DNA of 63,581 bases, filler included, from Stramenopiles sp. TOSAG23-3 (taxonomy: Eukaryota): NCBI GenBank assembly GCA_900128585.1. It is 26 parts of 26 records of this genome, joined end to end, with 100 filler letters (N's around TTAATTAATTAA, not from the genome) between each part and the next. Parts side by side here need not be neighbours in the genome. Positions count along the whole stretch, not along the records: positions 1 to 10,362 come from LT642826.1; 25 more parts are not named here. The stretch is one strand, 5' to 3'. Positions 1-9,477 of this stretch are shown here, one piece after another. Each line of letters opens with the position of its first letter. Positions within the stretch are counted from its first letter, which is position 1. The notes below the pieces were generated by a model that saw nothing but the letters and a program-made list of their open reading frames with translations, was not told the DNA's origin and made no database searches. The position numbers and the translations under genes are program-made.

Positions 1-41
1 TTACAGAACCAAGTTAGGATTAGGGTATGACGAAGCTAAAT

Positions 42-380
42 TTAATTACTTAAATAACAGCCAATTTTCTTGTTTTTGATATTTGTCAATTAGTACTTTC
101 CAACGAATGAGCTTTTATAGAGGTGATCTGTACTCAACAAATCGATTCTGCTCCCAATCAAAGTCCCTGAAAGTTTCTCCACTTTTTGGAGACTCCTGGA
201 AATCACTTCTTCGAATCCATCGGGGTTACTTGGAGAACCAGTCTCCTCGTTATTACCAAAGTTCAAACAGCGGCTAGATTTGTTTTTAGTTGCCTAGTTC
301 TGTTAGACTCTTGCGATTTTGGGGGTGAGAGATTACTACCAAAATCCATGAAATTTTGTCCAAGTTTTGAACATTCCTGA
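42..380. repeat. Dispersed repeat copy: motif A (ttaattacttaaataacagccaattttcttgttttt) plus OTU-gene 3' tail module
   Basis: 121-380 aligns as a direct repeat with 9532-9797 (shared ctcccaatcaaagtccctgaaagtttc and aacagcggctagatttgttttt). 42-262 aligns as an inverted repeat with 8433-8636. Confidence 0.9.
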
Positions 381-409
381 GAGTTATTTTAAGTTTCTAA
401 AAAATAAAT

Positions 410-440
410 AAATTATATAGTATGTTTTAAGACTCTCATT
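410..440 (+). repeat. Repeat motif B (aaattatatagtatgYtttaagactctcatt)
   Basis: Near-identical copies at 9369-9395, 9337-9360 (inverted), 19887-19915 and a truncated copy at 30003-30024. Confidence 0.85.
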
Positions 441-495
441 GTAAATAACATAAACTGAATTAACTTAGGTTTTTAAAAAAATTCTCTCTCTTGCT

Positions 496-2790
496 TCAAT
501 TCCATGCTTGGGGAGGCGCACGACTGGTCGACACATTTGTCTGGTTATAGGTAGAATAAGAGGTATTCCCATGTGCACTACTAGTCTCAGGGATTGTGTT
601 CGCTGTGGAATGCTGGGATACCGAATTTTGGGGGATCGCTGAGTTCTGTTGGGGATACTGCGTTTGTTGATAAACTTGTTGTTGCATATACCCAGACTGT
701 TGCATCCCATTTTGTTGCACTGCGGTTTGGGGGGCAGTGCCATGCCCCTGAGGCTGGGAGTTAGGATCATACGCTGGGTAGGGTTGATACGGTATGCCTG
801 GGGGGGGGTGCGCATAAGCACCCCGTTGGCTATATTGTGCACCATATGGTTGCCCACTATACTGTGGGTATCCATAATATGGATTAGCATAATAATTTTG
901 AGGCGCAGTCCCGTATGCCCCCATCCCTGGTGGATAAGCTGGCTGAGATTGACTAGCTGCATAGCCAGTTTGAGATATTACAGGATTTTGCACAGAGATG
1001 TTTTGGTGGGTGGCAGGCTGTGGTGTAGACGAGGTATTTACACTAGTTGCACTCTTTTGTGTGTCTGGCATACCTGGGGGAGGCCCAGCAGCTTTTCGCC
1101 CTTTTCCTCCACTGCCCGACCCCATTTGCATCGGCGGGGGCAACATCTGCTGCTGATAACCCATCATTGCAATGGCCGGATCCATAAATTGTAATTGCTG
1201 AGGGAAACCTGCATACTGCATTTGCGGGTGATAAATATTGCTGTTGGGCACGTTTCTCATATGCTGCACACGCCCACTCTTCCGTGACACATTGCTCCTT
1301 CTTGCACCATTTTTGTCGTACCCATTAGCCCCACGGACGGCTTTCTGTCGCCTATCGTGCTGATTGCTATTATTTGCGGAATGGTCAGCACGAGTAGAGT
1401 CGAAGCCAGGAGCGGAATCATTCCCATTCTCGGCAGCCGCGTCCTGCCCTAGTACATTTTGACCTACACGCCGATGCTGGCGTGTCTGGCGTGTGGTGTC
1501 ATTTTGGGTTGATAAAGTCATAGTCTGTTGTGCGTGCGGGTTGCGTTTGCTTTGCTTGGCAGAGACACTTGCTAATGCCTCTACTTCAATATCTTCAACT
1601 GAAGTAATTTGCGTGCTAGATTCCAGTGAACCAACAAGGTCTTCTTCATCTCCAAAGTCCCCAAACATCATATCATCCCCCCCATCGTCCCCGTTCATGC
1701 TGAGTATCCCCAGCTTTGGGCAAACGGGATCAGTGCACTTACTTTTTCTGTCCACAACTGCTAAAACTTTGGATTTTTTTGCATGTTTTGTTGTACGCAT
1801 TGTACCATCAGATTCTTCTTTTTTATTATCCAAAGCAATCGGTGAAGTTACCTTTTTTGTTTGCGGGTTTGAACCTGTGATTCTCGCGGTTTGAACGATC
1901 ACTTTTTTATTCAACAATGGTGCATTCAGCGAGACTTTTCCATCAGAGCCGCATGCCTTTTTACGTCCAGTATGCTTTTTCGCCGGCAACTCTTTCGTTG
2001 AATTCGAAGAAGTCGCGTTCAGTTGCTTCGATTTGGAGGTAGATTTTCGCCCATTTCCATGCGCCGAATTACCCCTTTCAAAAGGCTCTTTGGGCTTCTC
2101 TGCTTCTTTGTGCTTGAGCAAGACTCTATTGCTAGCCACGCCGCTCCAAACGCTCCCAATGGGTGGTGGCTGTGAGACTTTCAAGGGAAGTGTAGATTTT
2201 GGCACAGGGACACTTTCAAGTTTACCGAGATCTTTTGAAAGCAATCTCGCTGCCGAATTTGTTTTATCACTTTTAACAAAATCTGTAAGGGTGGAGCGCA
2301 CGCTTTCTGGGGCCACCAAAGGCACAGTCTTCGAATTCCGATTTCCCGCAGGTTTACTGTGGGAGCTACTTTTATTTATCCCATTTCCTTGACTCTTGTT
2401 ATTACGATTACCACCGTGGCGGTTCCGTTCACTGCCTCCACGAGATCCTGTGGTTGACGGGTTCGAGCGACCATATTTCCCGTTTGTGGAATTTGTTTGC
2501 TTCTTTTTGTCTTTGTTCTTTTTTGTTTGGACAGCTTTCCAAACTTGCTCGCGTTGAATGTCCCCTTCAAACATCCTCGAAACAACGTTCGTAAGATTCT
2601 CTTGTGTAGCCCGATTTGTTTTCAGGGCTTGCAGAATATCCCTCTCAGTCATATTCGAGGGGAAAGCTCCTTTATTATTTCTGTAAAGCTCCTGGAAATA
2701 TTTGTCATTATTTTCACCCTGGCCTCCAGATTTTCTATTCTTTCTACCGCGAATACCCTTGTTTGATACATGGTTAGAACGATGGGCCAT
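496..2790 (-). CDS. UBAP2L/Lingerer/GIP1-like low-complexity protein (UBA-like N-terminus, FGDF motif, Q/Y/G/P prion-like tail)
   Basis: 764-aa ORF from ATG to TGA. Helical segment TERDILQALK...VVSRMFEG is followed by WKAVQTKK and an RGG-rich segment, a central DMMFGDFG and a Q/Y/P/G-rich C-terminus. Confidence 0.65.
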   Translation of the reverse strand: MAHRSNHVSNKGIRGRKNRKSGGQGENNDKYFQELYRNNKGAFPSNMTERDILQALKTNRATQENLTNVVSRMFEGDIQREQVWKAVQTKKNKDKKKQTNSTNGKYGRSNPSTTGSRGGSERNRHGGNRNNKSQGNGINKSSSHSKPAGNRNSKTVPLVAPESVRSTLTDFVKSDKTNSAARLLSKDLGKLESVPVPKSTLPLKVSQPPPIGSVWSGVASNRVLLKHKEAEKPKEPFERGNSAHGNGRKSTSKSKQLNATSSNSTKELPAKKHTGRKKACGSDGKVSLNAPLLNKKVIVQTARITGSNPQTKKVTSPIALDNKKEESDGTMRTTKHAKKSKVLAVVDRKSKCTDPVCPKLGILSMNGDDGGDDMMFGDFGDEEDLVGSLESSTQITSVEDIEVEALASVSAKQSKRNPHAQQTMTLSTQNDTTRQTRQHRRVGQNVLGQDAAAENGNDSAPGFDSTRADHSANNSNQHDRRQKAVRGANGYDKNGARRSNVSRKSGRVQHMRNVPNSNIYHPQMQYAGFPQQLQFMDPAIAMMGYQQQMLPPPMQMGSGSGGKGRKAAGPPPGMPDTQKSATSVNTSSTPQPATHQNISVQNPVISQTGYAASQSQPAYPPGMGAYGTAPQNYYANPYYGYPQYSGQPYGAQYSQRGAYAHPPPGIPYQPYPAYDPNSQPQGHGTAPQTAVQQNGMQQSGYMQQQVYQQTQYPQQNSAIPQNSVSQHSTANTIPETSSAHGNTSYSTYNQTNVSTSRAPPQAWN

Positions 2791-3598
2791 CTTCTACAGA
2801 ATATTACAGTTTTTTGGTGCACCCGTCTCTGAAAAAGCAGCCCAGTGGGATAAAATGAGCTGCGAAGAGCGATACGGAGATAATTAGTTGAAAAGAAAAA
2901 TTGCGTGTTACGCAAGCCTGTTAAGTTAATGTCGCAGGATGTTTAAACGTACATCTTCGGAGAGAGAGAACAACTTTTGGATCATATTTTCTGACGGCCA
3001 GAAAGACAAACTTCTGATCAATTTAAGAAAATCAAAGCGAATTTCTATACACTCACAATTGTTGTTTTTGCAACATCATCATCATACAGCACAGCATCAG
3101 GTCAATCACAGGAAAAAAATTTTACCGTACCGGTACCACAGTCTATTCACTGACAGCGGTGCCGGTTCTACCGAATTTGTATTAAAATAATACCGGTTAT
3201 AATCAGACGGCGTTCTTCCCTTCTATTGTAATCAACCAGGATGCTGGATGCTCTCTACTCAACAAGAAAATATGTTTTCTAAAAATCAGAAGAATGAATG
3301 GCTGGCGCTTGTAAATTATCAGAAAAGGCCTCAGCTCTTTAGCTCCTCCTGTAAAAATCCGGCCCTACTGGTCTTCCATTTTTCGATTCTATGTACGACG
3401 TACTTTATGAACTTGCTGATTTAAGGGGTGTGGCAGTCGTTTAAAGCGTGAAGTGTTTGTGGTTTTAAGGACCATGCCGCGTTCGTGTTTAGTAGTAGAA
3501 GGGGAACCACAGGGCTCGACTTGAGTGTAGCTGACATAATTATTAAAATAATTATACTTTAATGTACTATACTGTACAAGAAAATTTTATGAGTCACG

Positions 3599-3874
3599 AA
3601 ATGATGCTTTTTATTTTATTTTACAATATTATCTTTATGTATATTTTGTGTTGTAGTTTTTGTAAGATCACAGAACGCTAATGATATTTCAATATATGAC
3701 AAATAACAAAATGATGGTTTTTATTTTACAATATTATCTTCATGTATATTTTGTGTTGTAGTTTTTGTAAGATCACAGAACGCTAATGATATTTCAATAT
3801 ACTGTATGACAAATCACAGAGGTTGTTTTTTATTTTTTCATTCAATCTTATCTGTATGTATAATTTGTGTTGTA
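3599..3874. repeat. Tandem repeat, about 110-bp unit, about 2.4 copies
   Basis: ttttacaatattatctt..atgtatattttgtgttgtagtttttgtaagatcacagaacgctaatgatatttcaatata occurs at about 3599-3704 and 3709-3814, with a degenerate partial third copy at about 3823-3874. Confidence 0.9.
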
Positions 3875-4402
3875 ACTGCAACTAATCCGAATTAATGTTC
3901 CAGGAACCCTGTTACACTAGACTCCTTCATTGTCTTTATTTTTATTTAATACCTTAGTCTAATATATCAATTCTTTTATCAACTAAAAAACTAATTATTT
4001 CCTTATTTCGTTACTTCTATTTCGTAATTTTTGGTCCCTGGACTAGTGTCAGCAGGTGATTTATTTTTATCAACTTGAGTTATCGATGAGACCGATTTAT
4101 AAAATGATTAATTTAAAAGGAATCCTCTTTAAGGTACCATTTCCTATCAACATTAAGGTTTGTGACCGTTGGTTTCTAATGTTCAAGTTTGACAACAACA
4201 AAACTTATTCCAGTGCACAATCACGGGAAATTAATTACATAGGAACACATCCATTGTATGCAGGTGTTATTGTTAGACAATAGCGAAATGTTTAGTAATA
4301 CGTTGAAACGTTGAGGGGTAGTATCAAAAGAACAGAACAGTATTGTGTCTTCTGACATCAATTTCAAAAACTCAAGTCATTTAAAGTCTATAGTACTGAT
4401 AA

Positions 4403-5015
4403 GAGAAATTGAGAATTGAGCATTTAATACGGTTCCACATTATGATGTGATATTGTAAGCACAGTACGTAGTGCGTATATATAATATATCATTTAAGTAC
4501 AATTATATATCCTATCAAAACAATGAAATGGCCCTTCGGGACGCCTGGCAGAGAGGCCAATTTCTATAATTTACCTAATTCTCGATAGAATGGGAGGAGC
4601 CGCTCGGTGGAGATTCTAAGCCTTCACATAGTGCTGTGCCAATCGATCCGGCTGATAACACTCTACACTGAGGCCAGAAGTGATAGTGTATTAGTACATA
4701 CACCTACAATTACCGATGGCCTGAGTGGGTGTGAGCAGGCGAATGGACACAGCACAGCGAAGCATTCCGTGTCCAAACGAAGCCTTAGCAGCGAACCCAC
4801 AAGCGGCTCCGATAAGTCCATCAACAACTAGGTAAATTATAGAAATAACCCCTGCCAGGCGTCCCTCCCGAAGGGTCATATTTTAATAGGATATTTATGT
4901 ACTTGTACAATACAAAAGCTGAAATAAATAATGATGTACTGTATTTACAATATCACAGGAGAATGTGGGATGTGGGACCGTGAAAAAAGTGCTCAATTCT
5001 TCTCCTCAATTTCTC
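4403..5015. repeat. Long imperfect palindrome (foldback element) centred near 4694
   Basis: Colinear arm matches: gagaaattgag/ctcaatttctc, tgtgatattgtaa/ttacaatatcaca, cccttcggga/tcccgaaggg, gggacgcctggcag/ctgccaggcgtccc, atttctataatttaccta/taggtaaattatagaaat, ggagccgct/agcggctcc, gtgctgtg/cacagcac. The central stem is gtgtat-(6 nt)-atacac. Confidence 0.88.
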
Positions 5016-5226
5016 CAAATGATAGTTTATTTTGTGTGGAATGTGGAAAAGCAAAGGTCAGAAGGATGTCGTCTGAAGTATCCTGAAGTACAATGGCATC
5101 GAAGTTGACTCGTTCTCTGCCTAGCGTAATCAAGCCCCTCGGGATAAACCGCCGTTTCCCAGCTTCCGACCAGTACTACTAATCTTTGCCTTACAAGTTT
5201 TCTACAAAATTGCTTCGTCGCGATAA

Positions 5227-8200
5227 ATGAGCACTTTCGACCGGCCTGAAAATGCAGGCAGTTCCGGGCAAGGTGGCATGGCGCGTGCACAGAAGAGCTC
5301 CCTTCTAAACCCCGGACTTGGAATGGGTTCTACGCGAGATTCCCGTGCTCAAGAAGCCATTAGAATGAAGGATGAGCAATTGCGGATATTGACCGATCAA
5401 AACTCTCACCTCCTCAAAAGTTTGGACCAGGTTGAGGAGGAAGCGAACACTATGCAACTTGAAAAACTTGCAATAGAAGAAGAAGACAGAAAGTTGCGGG
5501 ACCAGAATTTTGAGTTACAGAGTAAAGCTAGAGCAGCCGATGCGGCAATGAGAAAAGCTCAGGCTGAAATGGCAGACAAAGACAAACAATTGAAGATTAT
5601 GACTGATCAAAACAGCGAGTTGCTTCGGTTGTTGGAGACTGAGGAAAGTCAAACGGCTAAGTTAGAGAGAGAAGGATCTGGCTTACGAGGCGACTTGGAA
5701 AGTTTACGGTCCAAGTACAGTAGCCTATTAACAACGGCAAAAACCCACGAGGAGATGGCATCGAAAGCCGCGAGGGAAGGCCAGCTGAGAGCTGAAGAAT
5801 TACGGTTGCTTCGATCTGAGGTCGAGCAATTGCGTGGGCAAAACGCGGAGATGAGACGGAAAACCCAAGTTGAAATAGAATCTCTTCATGAACAATTGCG
5901 AATCCGAAAAGAAAAACAGTACCACCTTCTGGAAAAAATGCAAGGAGCCGAAGAAACAAAGCGGCAGGCCGAAGACCAAGTAACGGCAATGGAAGAAAAG
6001 CTTCGAGCGTTGCATGCTCGCACAGTTGAGTTGGAGACACAGCTGCAGGTAGAAGCAAGGGCAAAACGGGCGCAAATGGATGCTAATAAAGCACTGTCAG
6101 TTGAAGGGGAAAACTTGGCAACTGCCAACCGTGACCTACAGGATCGGTTAGAAAATGCAGAGCAGGAAAGGATGCGCATGGAGGCAGAGGCGCGAGATAG
6201 TGGCGAGCAGCTCAGGGAAATGGCAGAAAAGGTCTTTCAGCTGTTGGAAAGACTAAAATTGGCTGAAATTGGAAAAACTAAAGCAGTTGAAGCACTTCGG
6301 AAAAAAGAGCAAGAACTGGTTGCCCAGAAGAAAAAGAATGGTCGTCTATTGAAGGAAAGTACGCTGGAGGGCAAAGCGCGGGTAAAAGCTGAATTAGATA
6401 AGAAAGTGTTGGTGGACCAAATCCGGGCTTTAAAGAAACACAATGCCGAATTATCATCCCGTTGCAGAGATGAAGTCAAAGCAAAATTATCTGAACATGA
6501 AGATAAAAAACAAGCTCAAGAGAAAGTTAGAACCCTTGGTGGGAGACTTTCTTTTCTTTTGAATAAATTGCAGAGCGATGAAGAAGCAAAAATCGTTGCC
6601 AGAGAAGAAATGAAAAAAATGGAAGCGCAGCTTCGAACATTATCGGAAAGGAACAGCGAATTGTCGCAAAAATTGGGCGCGACGGGGGAAAGTAATCGCA
6701 TTATTACCCATGCAATGAGGCTGAAACAGGAAGAATTGCAAAACTTAGCGATTAGGCACGAAGCCCTATCACGCCAGCTGCAAGACAAGGAAGTAGCATT
6801 GTCTGAAAGTCAGATACAAGAGAAAGAAGAGACAAATGGCGAAAAATCTACAGAAGACAAAACTACAGCTGATGACATTCGCATACGTGGTGGAAAGGGT
6901 GTGTATTTTGTTGATGCGAGACCCACACAGGGTCTACTGCTTATTGGTGCGAAGACAAAGAACACGGTGGAGTTAATGAATAGATTACAAATAAATGAGT
7001 TCTTGAAACGTGCACAAAAAAGTGTCCATTTTAAAGAACGGTTGGTTGAAAAAGTGACGCATCTCTTGGGCCTGCTATCTGTTGAAGAGGGGGATCGCCA
7101 TAGAATTATTCGCGAGGGCGAAGACCGTTCTGATCAAATAGACCATTTATCACGGAAAACTGGATATTTACAAGAGCGCTTACATCTTGAGGAAGAAGCA
7201 AAACGTAGAACACTATTGCGTTACGTACATTCTGTTAAAGAGCAAGCGGCTTCTAGTGAAGCGTATTTGAAAGCAACTGGGCAAGTAGGCTCACAACCTA
7301 AAGGTGGAGTTTTGCAGTTGCCAGAGAGTGGAATAGGAGACGAAGAAGTGCATGCTCTAGCAGCTCTTTTGCGTGGGAATATGAATGTGACAGAGTTAAA
7401 TCTACGCTCAAACATCATTACTGATGAAGGGGCACGTGACCTCGGTGCCGTTCTAGCTGGCTTGAGTGGTTTGAAATCAATTGATTTGCGAGAGAATAAA
7501 ATTGGAAAAAATGGTATTAGAGGCTTGGCCGAAGCCCTGGAGCGGGCCGGGCGTGTTCGTCACGTATATGTTCACGCTGGAGGTAAAATTGAGGCCCTTG
7601 GCACTGGGATGTGGGCAGCTCCCCGTCCCACCAATGTTGATAATAGTCAGGCTGTTACAGTAGAAACCGTATGTGTTTTGGATGTAAGGAACAACAGAAC
7701 TGAAAATATTATTGAGAACCAAACATATGGGATAAAGTTAGATATGAGTGGGAATATTGATAACTCTACGAAAAAAAAGGTAGGTGATACCACTACGAAA
7801 GTGCGATCGTCCAAAAACACTGCCCGTAAAGATATCGGGGACATGGGCGGGAAGAAGCTAGTTACTACCCGAGTCAAATCTGCCCCTGGGAAAGGTCGTG
7901 CTAACGATTTTAAAGATCGGAAGCGATGGAAACAAAAAGAGTTCAACGAGAAAAAACTTGAGAGGCAGCGCTTAAAACGAGAGAATAGAAGAAAAGAGGG
8001 AAACTGGTCAGGGCGATCAGGTGGCATATCAACAAAACCTGCTCTTCAAGAAGTAACTATAAGAAAAAAGAGCAATTCACAAAAAAACAGTGGTCAAAGT
8101 TTACCACCGCTAGGTCGCAAAGTTCTCAGCGCGTCTGCGCCATTGTTAAATAGTGCAGACGATGTTACTGCAACTAATCATAACTTTGAGTCTAAGACTA

Positions 8201-8379
8201 TAGCGGGGAGCGATTTGAATGCCCACATCCAACGGGCTGCTAGAGAAGCAGATGGAGTTCTTTCTTCAAGCAATATGACTCAAAGGGCAAAAGATAACAC
8301 CAGAAAAAAGAAAAGCAGCAGCTTAAACGCTGGTTTAATGAAAAGCCCATTGTTGCAATCTGCGAGTTTCAAAAGATGA
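5227..8379 (+). CDS. Long coiled-coil protein with ribonuclease-inhibitor-type leucine-rich repeats
   Basis: 1050-aa ORF with about 550 aa of heptad-rich E/K/L/R/Q sequence, then LRR units (LNLRSNIITDEGARDLGAVL, IDLRENKIGKNGIRGLAEAL) and a basic disordered tail. Confidence 0.85.
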   Translation: MSTFDRPENAGSSGQGGMARAQKSSLLNPGLGMGSTRDSRAQEAIRMKDEQLRILTDQNSHLLKSLDQVEEEANTMQLEKLAIEEEDRKLRDQNFELQSKARAADAAMRKAQAEMADKDKQLKIMTDQNSELLRLLETEESQTAKLEREGSGLRGDLESLRSKYSSLLTTAKTHEEMASKAAREGQLRAEELRLLRSEVEQLRGQNAEMRRKTQVEIESLHEQLRIRKEKQYHLLEKMQGAEETKRQAEDQVTAMEEKLRALHARTVELETQLQVEARAKRAQMDANKALSVEGENLATANRDLQDRLENAEQERMRMEAEARDSGEQLREMAEKVFQLLERLKLAEIGKTKAVEALRKKEQELVAQKKKNGRLLKESTLEGKARVKAELDKKVLVDQIRALKKHNAELSSRCRDEVKAKLSEHEDKKQAQEKVRTLGGRLSFLLNKLQSDEEAKIVAREEMKKMEAQLRTLSERNSELSQKLGATGESNRIITHAMRLKQEELQNLAIRHEALSRQLQDKEVALSESQIQEKEETNGEKSTEDKTTADDIRIRGGKGVYFVDARPTQGLLLIGAKTKNTVELMNRLQINEFLKRAQKSVHFKERLVEKVTHLLGLLSVEEGDRHRIIREGEDRSDQIDHLSRKTGYLQERLHLEEEAKRRTLLRYVHSVKEQAASSEAYLKATGQVGSQPKGGVLQLPESGIGDEEVHALAALLRGNMNVTELNLRSNIITDEGARDLGAVLAGLSGLKSIDLRENKIGKNGIRGLAEALERAGRVRHVYVHAGGKIEALGTGMWAAPRPTNVDNSQAVTVETVCVLDVRNNRTENIIENQTYGIKLDMSGNIDNSTKKKVGDTTTKVRSSKNTARKDIGDMGGKKLVTTRVKSAPGKGRANDFKDRKRWKQKEFNEKKLERQRLKRENRRKEGNWSGRSGGISTKPALQEVTIRKKSNSQKNSGQSLPPLGRKVLSASAPLLNSADDVTATNHNFESKTIAGSDLNAHIQRAAREADGVLSSSNMTQRAKDNTRKKKSSSLNAGLMKSPLLQSASFKR

Positions 8380-8432
8380 ATCTGGGTATGGTCTCTAAAA
8401 ATTTATATATTTTCTCTTATTTTAGAGTATAG

Positions 8433-8636
8433 CTTTGGTGATAACGTGGAGACTGATTTTCCAACTGACTATGATGGGTTCGAAGAAGTGATTTACTCGC
8501 AGGGGTCTCCAAAATGCGGAGAAACTTCCAGGAACGTTGATTGGGAGAAGGATCGATTTGTTCACTACAGATCACCTCTATAAAAGTCCACTGGAATATA
8601 AAAACGAGAAACTTGGCTGTCGTTTAAGTAATTAAA
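8433..8636. repeat. Inverted copy of the OTU-tail module plus motif A
   Basis: Reverse complement matches 42-262. The + strand reads FGDNVETDFPTDYDGFEEVIYSQGSPKCGETSRNVDWEKDRFVHYRSPL*, homologous to the tail of the 9478-10140 pseudogene. Confidence 0.88.
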
Positions 8637-8769
8637 ATGTGTCCATTAGAGTTTTACATTCCTTCATGTACTGCGAACTGATCTCTGCTGTTGTGATTTT
8701 GGTAATCAACTTACCCTTGTCACTCAGTCTTGACTATCATGCTCAGATCTACTCCATGCGTGATCCGAA

Positions 8770-9326
8770 TCAGTGTATGGAATTGTGTCGTATGTCAGGA
8801 GACCCATAATCAACTTCCTCATCCGATGTCTCACTCATAGATGAATCATTCCTTGTGTTGGTGTCCAAGCAGCGGCATAAATGTTTTAAATGTGCTCGTT
8901 GTCTGTCTTGTGAACCACTCAAGGGATTGTCATTTGTGAGTTTAGGTGTCGAAGGGGGGTCGTTTGAGTCGGTGTTCGTAATCGGCGTTTGTGAATGCTG
9001 TTCCCGTCGGCGTGCCCGTCGGAGTTTCATCCCCGTCTCCTGATGATTGTAATGAGGACTGTGCCTCTGGGTCATCAGCCGAGGGTGACCGGGGTCGGGG
9101 CGATGCTGGATTGCGCGCTGCTGGATTGTGGTGAGGATTGAACTTCCGTGTCAACATCTGAGGACAACACTATTAGAGTACTACCGGAGTCATCACTGCT
9201 GGAATGCTCGTCCCCCGAGGGTTGCGGTTCTATTTCAGACTCCGAGTCCGAGCTGTCCAGGGGCGGGATTTGGGAGTGCCTGATAAGGGGCGCGGTGTCG
9301 GAATATAATACTTGAAAAAAAATCAT
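8770..9326 (-). pseudogene. Frameshifted S/D/E/P/T-rich coding remnant containing repeat module C (8801-8880)
   Basis: Three short overlapping minus-strand ORFs join into one acidic low-complexity peptide ending NDSSMSETSDEEVDYGS. The last part recurs at 29873-29978 and, inverted, at 33277-33352. Confidence 0.55.
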
Positions 9327-9404
9327 TGATATAAAGTGAGAGTCTTACAGCATACTCTAAAAAAAATATTATAGTATGCTTTAAGACTCTCATTTTATAT
9401 CAAT
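9325..9404. repeat. Hairpin with 36-bp arms (3 mismatches) and an 8-nt loop, made of two opposed motif-B copies
   Basis: Left arm attgatataaagtgagagtcttacagcatactctaa (9325-9360) compared with the reverse complement of 9369-9404, attgatataaaatgagagtcttaaagcatactataa. Confidence 0.92.
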
Positions 9405-9477
9405 TACGATTTCAATTCCAACCCTAATCCTAAAATGGTTTTTAATTTTGTTTCGTTGGTTGTCAATCACTGAGGAG

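Noticed and set aside
13-26. True telomere (ttaggattaggg)
   Set aside because: Only two imperfect units, and the same sequence occurs internally at 9421-9433 as part of a dispersed repeat.
3599-3874. CRISPR array
   Set aside because: The units are contiguous tandem copies without unique spacers, the context is eukaryotic and there are no cas genes.
8739-8761. Short match atgctc(a)gatctactccat(g)cgt to 30174-30194
   Set aside because: About 21 nt with two indels. Both sites are near module C, but the match is too short to separate from chance.
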